A stretch of 32,000 nucleotides of DNA, taken from NCBI RefSeq assembly GCF_964030875.1, contig NZ_OZ034981.1, forward strand, positions 30,001 to 62,000. The letters run 5' to 3'. The translations under genes were made by a program, and so were the position numbers. The notes under the pieces are model-generated. The model had not been told where the DNA came from. It did not search any database and worked only from the letters and a program-made list of their open reading frames with translations. This document shows, piece by piece, positions 26,154-32,000 of the stretch. Positions within the stretch are counted from its first letter, which is position 1, and every line of letters begins with the position of its first letter. The stretch comes from Candidatus Saccharimonadota bacterium (GTDB lineage Bacteria > Bacteroidota > Bacteroidia > Flavobacteriales > Blattabacteriaceae).

Positions 26154-26351
26154 ATGCTAATGATTAAGATAAAAGATGGAGAGTCTATTGAAAAAGCAAT
26201 TAAGCGTTATAAACGAAAATGCGAGAAAATACGTCTGATGAAAGAATTTAGAAAAATACAATTTTATATTAAACCTTCAATAAAAAAAAGAGAGGCATTT
26301 TTAAAAGCCTATTATAAACAATACTTAATTTCTAAAAAGGAGAATATTTGA
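26154..26351 (+). CDS. rpsU: 30S ribosomal protein S21
   Basis: 65-aa basic ORF; ESIEKAIKRYKRKCEKIRLMKEFRKIQFYIKPSIKKRE is the S21 pattern. Confidence 0.85.
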   Translation: MLMIKIKDGESIEKAIKRYKRKCEKIRLMKEFRKIQFYIKPSIKKREAFLKAYYKQYLISKKENI

Positions 26352-26449
26352 TAAAAAACGTAGATCATGAATGTCCTCTCTAAAGGTATTACCTAGGAGC
26401 ATTTATAATGAATATTTATTTTTCAATGAGTTTTTACGTTTAATAATAA

Positions 26450-26641
26450 ATATTTAAAACAAGTATTTCTTCTATAAAATCTATTTTTTTTTCTGCTTTA
26501 TTATTTGGAATAATGCATTTAAATCCATGGCAAATTATAATAGCGTTTTTATTTGGAATAATTTATATCGGTACACGTTCTATATTTTTGCATCTGAAAT
26601 GTCTTATTTATTTTTCAAACCAAATCGTCATGGAAATATGA
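26450..26641 (+). pseudogene. Possible remnant of a CPBP (CAAX/Abi) intramembrane protease C-terminus
   Basis: The stop-to-stop frame reads IFKTSISSIKSIFFSALLFGIMHLNPWQIIIAFLFGIIYIGTRSIFLHLKCLIYFSNQIVMEI*. It contains the CPBP FxxxH motif (FGIMH) and a later H...N region in hydrophobic helices. There is no start codon and the EExxxR motif is missing. Confidence 0.35.
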
Positions 26642-26687
26642 TAATTGTTTAAAACAAAGTGCGATTATTTTTTAAAAATTAAAATTA

Positions 26688-27476
26688 TTGCGTTATTTTA
26701 TTGAACTATCTTTTAATGGAACTAAATATCATGGTTGGCAGATACAGAAAACCGGAATATCCGTCGAGGAAGTGTTAGAAAATTGTCTATCCTCTCTATT
26801 AAAGATGCCAGTTAATATTATTGGAGCTGGAAGGACAGATAGCGGGGTCCACGCCAAACAATTTTTTGCTCACTTTGATTATCCATATTTTCTGACCCCA
26901 AGGTTTATACAGAAACTTAATTCATTCTTACCTAAAGACATTAAAGTATACAATATTTACTTGATGCAACCGAAAGCACATGCACGTTTCAGTGCTCTAT
27001 GCCGTACTTATGAATATTTTATTTCTTTAGGGAAAAGTCCTTTCTTTAAAGAATTTAGTTGGCAATGGTTATCTAATCCACCTGACATTGCAAAAATGAA
27101 CCAAGCAGCTATGATCTTAAAAAGATACGAAGATTTTAGTACTTTCTGTAAGTCTCATTCTAATAATAAAACAAGTTTTTGTAAAATAGAATATTCTTAT
27201 TGGAAATACAAGAAGGGGTTATTGTGTTTCCAAATAACGTCTAATAGATTTTTAAGAAACATGGTTAGATCTATTGTTGGAACTCTTATTAGAGTCGGCA
27301 TAGGGAAAATTGATTCAAAAGATTTTTGCCAAATTGTTGAATCTAAAAATAGTAAAATGGCAGGATGTTCAGTACCAGCAAAAGGATTATTCTTAAAATC
27401 TGTATCTTATCCAAGCGATATTTTTTGTATTACTCCCTGTCTTTTGATGAGACGAGAAATTGGTCGTATTCTTTAA
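26688..27476 (+). CDS. truA: tRNA pseudouridine(38-40) synthase TruA
   Basis: 262-aa ORF starting at [23 protein letters not shown] and the catalytic [11 protein letters not shown] motif are present. The 3' end overlaps rpoC by 47 nt. Confidence 0.85.
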   Translation: MRYFIELSFNGTKYHGWQIQKTGISVEEVLENCLSSLLKMPVNIIGAGRTDSGVHAKQFFAHFDYPYFLTPRFIQKLNSFLPKDIKVYNIYLMQPKAHARFSALCRTYEYFISLGKSPFFKEFSWQWLSNPPDIAKMNQAAMILKRYEDFSTFCKSHSNNKTSFCKIEYSYWKYKKGLLCFQITSNRFLRNMVRSIVGTLIRVGIGKIDSKDFCQIVESKNSKMAGCSVPAKGLFLKSVSYPSDIFCITPCLLMRREIGRIL

Positions 27477-30400
27477 GACCTGTTCCTGCAGGTACTTTGT
27501 GTCCGACAATAACATTTTCTTTTAATCCAAGTAAGTAATCAGATTTTCCACTAATTGCAGCCTCATTCAATACTTTAGTTGTCTCTTGGAAAGAGGCTGC
27601 AGATATGAATGACTTTGTTTGCAAAGATGCACGTGTAATGCCCTGAAGTACAGGTTTAGCTATAGCAGGAATCGCATTGCGAGCACGCATAATCCTCTTA
27701 CCATTTTGTCTTAGAATATAATTTTCATTATTCCATTCGGTTAAATTTATTATTTGTCCAGGTTTAAACTGCTCAGAATTACCAGGATCTTCTACTACTT
27801 TAAGACTTGAAATTCTGTCGTTTTCTTCAAAAAAATCAGTTTTATATTCTATACTATCTTTTATAAACCGTGTATCTCCAGAATCTATAATTTTTACCTT
27901 TCGCATCATTTGACCAACGATAATTTCAAAATGCTTATCATTTATTTTTACTCCCTGTAATCGGTAGATCTCTTGTATTTCATTTACTAAATATTTTTGA
28001 ACTTCTTTAGCTCCCTTAATATGAAGTAGATTTGAAGGTGTAATCGCACCTTCTGAAAGTGCTGTCCCTGCTTTAACATAATCATTTTCTTGAACTAGAA
28101 TTTGATTGGATAACTTAACAAAATATTTTTTTGTGTCTCCGCTTTTCGATGCAATAATAATCTCACGATGACCTCTTTTAATATTTCCAAAACTCACCAC
28201 TCCATCAATTTCCGATATCACTCCTGGATTAGAAGGATTACGTGCTTCACACAATTCAGTTACACGTGGCAATCCTCCAGTAATATCTGTTGTTTTTCCA
28301 TATTTTCTAGGAATCTTTACAAGAATTTGTCCTGCTGTAATTACTTCCCCATCTTCTACAATTAAGTGAGCACCAACAGGAAGATTGTAAATTTTTAAGT
28401 AGTTTCCTTCCTTATCAAGGATACTTAAAGAGGGAATTATGTTTTGATCTCTAGATTCAGAAATGACTTTTAACCCGGCTTGTTCATCTATGGTAAAGGT
28501 TATTCCCTGTTCTATATATTCATAGACTATGGTTCCGGAATACTCAGAAATAATAACAGCATTATAAGGATCCCATCGACAAATTTCCGTTCCTTTTTTT
28601 ATAGTAACTCCATGATGGACAAATAAAGTTGCTCCGTAAGGAATATTATTCTGCATTAATATGGAATCATCTCTTCCTAAGAGTCTCATCTCTGTAGAAC
28701 GTGAAACCACTAATTCTAGACCTTTTTCATCTTGGACTGTCCTAATATCTTCAAATTCTATAATTCCATCAAAACTAGCACGGATTTGGGAAGATTCAGA
28801 AATATTTACAGCCGTTCCACCTACATGAAACGTCCTAAGTGTCAATTGTGTACCCGGCTCTCCTATCGATTGAGCAGCAATAACACCTACTGCTTCTCCT
28901 TTATTAACCAATTGTCCTGTTGACAGGTTTATACCATAGCATTTAGCACAAATACCTCTTTTAGATTCACAGGTCAGTGGGGATCGAACTTCTACCGTTT
29001 CTATTCCCAATTCTTCTATAAGAAGAGCTTTATCTGCATCAAACATTTCATCATAAGCGACTATAATTTCATCCTTACTAGGATGATAGATATCATAAAG
29101 AGCAATTCTTCCCAAAAGACGTTCAGAGAAATTTTCTATCATTTCTTCATTCTTTTTAAGAGCACTTATTTCAATTCCTATAATCGTCCCACAATCTTCT
29201 TCCGTAACGATAATATCTTGAGCTACGTCTACAAGACGTCGTGTGAGATAACCTGCATCAGCTGTTTTTATAGCTGTATCTGCTAACCCTTTTCTAGCAC
29301 CGTGCGTAGAAATAAAATACTCTAGGATAGAAATACCTTCACGGAAATTGGATAAAATTGGATTTTCAATAATTCCTCCGCTAGTACGTTGTGGTTTTGC
29401 CATCAAGCCACGCATTCCTGAAAGTTGTCGAATCTGTTCTTTCGATCCCCTAGCTCCTGAATCAAGCATCATATATACTGAATTAAACCCTTGATGGTCT
29501 TCATACATTTGTTTCATTACTTTTTCAGTTAATAGGGCATTGGTACTTGTCCAGATATCAATAACTTGATTATAACGTTCATTATTAGTAATCAAACCCA
29601 GATTATAGTTAATTTTAACTGCATCTATTTGCTCAATAGCACTATTAATCAGAGTTTGTTTATTATTAGGAATAATAATATCACCTAAACTAAAGGAAAG
29701 CCCACCTTTAAAGGAATTATAAAAACCTAGTTCCTTAACATCGTCTAGAAATTTTACTGTGGTAGGAACATTAGTAAGCATCAATATTTTACCAATTATA
29801 TCACGTAAAGACCTCTTAGTTAGTAACTCATTAATATATCCTACTTTTTTAGGAACCACTTGATTAAATAGTACTCTCCCTACAGTCGTTTCCACAATTC
29901 TATCTACAAGTTTATTCTTTTCGAGAATAGGGACTTTTACTTTTATCCCTGCATGGATTTCTGCCGCACCTTCATTATACGCTATCTGGACTTCTTCTGT
30001 TGAAGAAAATACTAATCCTTCACCTTTAATTTTCCTATCTGATGTAGATTTAAAACATTTTGTCATATAATAAAGTCCTAGGACCATGTCTTGTGATGGA
30101 ACAGTAATAGGAGATCCATTAGCAGGATTTAAAATGTTTTGTGACGACAGCAGAAGTAATTTAGCTTCTAGAATAGCCTCTGGTCCCAGTGGGAGATGTA
30201 CCGCCATCTGATCACCGTCAAAATCTGCATTGAAAGCTGTGCAGACCAATGGGTGCAGTTGTATAGCTTTACCCTCAATGAGTTTGGGATAAAAAGCTTG
30301 AATTCCTAATCTATGCAATGTAGGAGCACGGTTAAGCAGTACTGGATGCCCTTTAAGCACATTATCCAAGACATACCATACAAACGGATCACGGTTATCA

Positions 30401-31638
30401 ACAAGTTTTTTAGCTGATTTTACGGTTTCAACAATACCACGTTCTAGTAATTTCCTAATAATAAAAGGTTTGTAAAGTTCTGCAGCCAGATCTTTGGGAA
30501 GTCCACATTCGTATAGTTTTAACTTCGGTCCTACTACAATTACAGAACGTGCTGAATAATCTACACGTTTTCCTAAAAGATTATGACGAAATCGTCCTTG
30601 CTTACCTTTAAGTGAATCAGATAAAGATTTCAAAGTTCGATTACGATTCATAGCGGATGTTTTCTTTGTGTTATCATATAATGAATCCACTGCTTCTTGA
30701 AGCATCCGTTTTTCATTTCGAAGAATAATATCAGGAGCCTTTATTTGTAAAAGACGTTTCAATCGATTATTACGAATAATAATTCGACGATAGAGATCGT
30801 TTAAATCTGAAGTTGCAAAACGTCCACCCTCTAGAGGTACTAAAGGACGTAATTCAGGTGGAATCACTGGAAGAGCGTGAATAATCATCCACTCTTTACA
30901 ATTTTTTTTAGATGATTCTATAAATGCTTCTACTACCTGCAACCGTTTTAGAGCTTCTAGACGTCGTTGTTTATATGTTTCATTCTCGGCTTTATGACGA
31001 AGACTAGAAGAAAGTTCATCTAGATTTACTCGTTTAAGTAGTTCTTCTATACATTCAGCACCCATCTTAGCGAGAAATTTATTAGGATCTCTATCATCAA
31101 GGTCGAGATTTTCCTTTGGTAGATTCTCTACTATTTGTAGATACTCTTCCTCCATTAAAAATTCCATTTTTTTCAAAGGGGTACCATCGGGATATTGGGC
31201 AATACCCGGCTGGATGACCACATATCGTTCATAATAAACGATAAGGTCAAGTTTTTTTGAAGGAATACCTAAAAGGTAACCAATCTTATTGGGTAATGAT
31301 CTAATATACCAGATATGTACCACAGGGACTACTAAATTAATATGTCCAATACGTTCACGTCGGACTTTTTTTTCTGTAACCTCTACACCGCATCTGTCAC
31401 AGACAATCCCCTTATAACGAATTCTTCTATATTTTCCACAAGAACACTCATAATCCTTTATGGGACCAAAAATTCGTTCACAAAATAGTCCGTCACGTTC
31501 TGGTTTATGAGTCCGATAATTAATTGTTTCAGGTTTTAGTACTTCTCCGTAAGATTCTTGAAGGATATACTCCGGAGAGGCCAAACTTATAGTAACCTTG
31601 TTAAAGTTTTGAACTTTTTTAGTTGTTTTTATAGACAT
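27430..31638 (-). CDS. rpoC: DNA-directed RNA polymerase beta' subunit
   Basis: 1402-aa ORF with the zinc-binding CSCGKY..C..CGVEV and the catalytic [12 protein letters not shown] motif. Confidence 0.97.
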   Translation of the reverse strand: MSIKTTKKVQNFNKVTISLASPEYILQESYGEVLKPETINYRTHKPERDGLFCERIFGPIKDYECSCGKYRRIRYKGIVCDRCGVEVTEKKVRRERIGHINLVVPVVHIWYIRSLPNKIGYLLGIPSKKLDLIVYYERYVVIQPGIAQYPDGTPLKKMEFLMEEEYLQIVENLPKENLDLDDRDPNKFLAKMGAECIEELLKRVNLDELSSSLRHKAENETYKQRRLEALKRLQVVEAFIESSKKNCKEWMIIHALPVIPPELRPLVPLEGGRFATSDLNDLYRRIIIRNNRLKRLLQIKAPDIILRNEKRMLQEAVDSLYDNTKKTSAMNRNRTLKSLSDSLKGKQGRFRHNLLGKRVDYSARSVIVVGPKLKLYECGLPKDLAAELYKPFIIRKLLERGIVETVKSAKKLVDNRDPFVWYVLDNVLKGHPVLLNRAPTLHRLGIQAFYPKLIEGKAIQLHPLVCTAFNADFDGDQMAVHLPLGPEAILEAKLLLLSSQNILNPANGSPITVPSQDMVLGLYYMTKCFKSTSDRKIKGEGLVFSSTEEVQIAYNEGAAEIHAGIKVKVPILEKNKLVDRIVETTVGRVLFNQVVPKKVGYINELLTKRSLRDIIGKILMLTNVPTTVKFLDDVKELGFYNSFKGGLSFSLGDIIIPNNKQTLINSAIEQIDAVKINYNLGLITNNERYNQVIDIWTSTNALLTEKVMKQMYEDHQGFNSVYMMLDSGARGSKEQIRQLSGMRGLMAKPQRTSGGIIENPILSNFREGISILEYFISTHGARKGLADTAIKTADAGYLTRRLVDVAQDIIVTEEDCGTIIGIEISALKKNEEMIENFSERLLGRIALYDIYHPSKDEIIVAYDEMFDADKALLIEELGIETVEVRSPLTCESKRGICAKCYGINLSTGQLVNKGEAVGVIAAQSIGEPGTQLTLRTFHVGGTAVNISESSQIRASFDGIIEFEDIRTVQDEKGLELVVSRSTEMRLLGRDDSILMQNNIPYGATLFVHHGVTIKKGTEICRWDPYNAVIISEYSGTIVYEYIEQGITFTIDEQAGLKVISESRDQNIIPSLSILDKEGNYLKIYNLPVGAHLIVEDGEVITAGQILVKIPRKYGKTTDITGGLPRVTELCEARNPSNPGVISEIDGVVSFGNIKRGHREIIIASKSGDTKKYFVKLSNQILVQENDYVKAGTALSEGAITPSNLLHIKGAKEVQKYLVNEIQEIYRLQGVKINDKHFEIIVGQMMRKVKIIDSGDTRFIKDSIEYKTDFFEENDRISSLKVVEDPGNSEQFKPGQIINLTEWNNENYILRQNGKRIMRARNAIPAIAKPVLQGITRASLQTKSFISAASFQETTKVLNEAAISGKSDYLLGLKENVIVGHKVPAGTGLKEYDQFLVSSKDRE

Positions 31639-31693
31639 TTATAAAAATTTATAGTTCAGATTTTTCGCGAAGAGTACGAAATGAACGATATAT

Positions 31694-32000
<307 letters not shown>

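Overview
The window is a visibly AT-rich, gene-dense bacterial segment. Its gene set and protein sequences look like a reduced-genome Flavobacteriales (Bacteroidota) insect nutritional endosymbiont of the Blattabacterium/Walczuchella/Uzinura/Sulcia type. That assignment is an inference from gene content; no database search was possible. Twenty-five protein genes are supported: metE (partial), fmt, dnaN, pheT, obg, lpdA, dapA, a Bacteroidota-type rpoZ, lipB, rplS, lon, lysA, a UvrD/PcrA-family helicase, the ilvD-ilvB-ilvN-ilvC operon, lysS, argH, a 2x[4Fe-4S] ferredoxin, rpsU, truA, rpoC and the 3' end of rpoB. Five tRNAs were folded by hand: Met/Ile2-CAT, Arg-ACG, Ser-TGA, Val-GAC and Val-TAC. 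There are no transposases, phage genes, CRISPR-cas or defence genes, and the coding content is ordinary housekeeping and amino-acid provisioning. The unusual material is in a few oversized spacers (8673-9598, 10944-11426, 15376-15933, 17863-18005, 26352-26687). (1) They hold perfectly conserved tandem arrays with 27-28 bp periods. This includes two related 28-bp arrays in inverted orientation around a GC-rich core at 15397-15775. Shorter 7-, 15- and 16-bp repeats are also present. (2) By hand count these spacers are GC-richer than the genes, which is the opposite of the usual endosymbiont pattern. (3) They contain short translated fragments that look like eroded genes: transketolase-like, LigA-like and CPBP protease-like. 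In addition, lipB is split by a frameshift inside an A9 tract, and one extra A restores a full-length 230-aa LipB. PheT lacks its OB-fold tRNA-binding domain, and ilvN is reduced to a 79-aa ACT domain.
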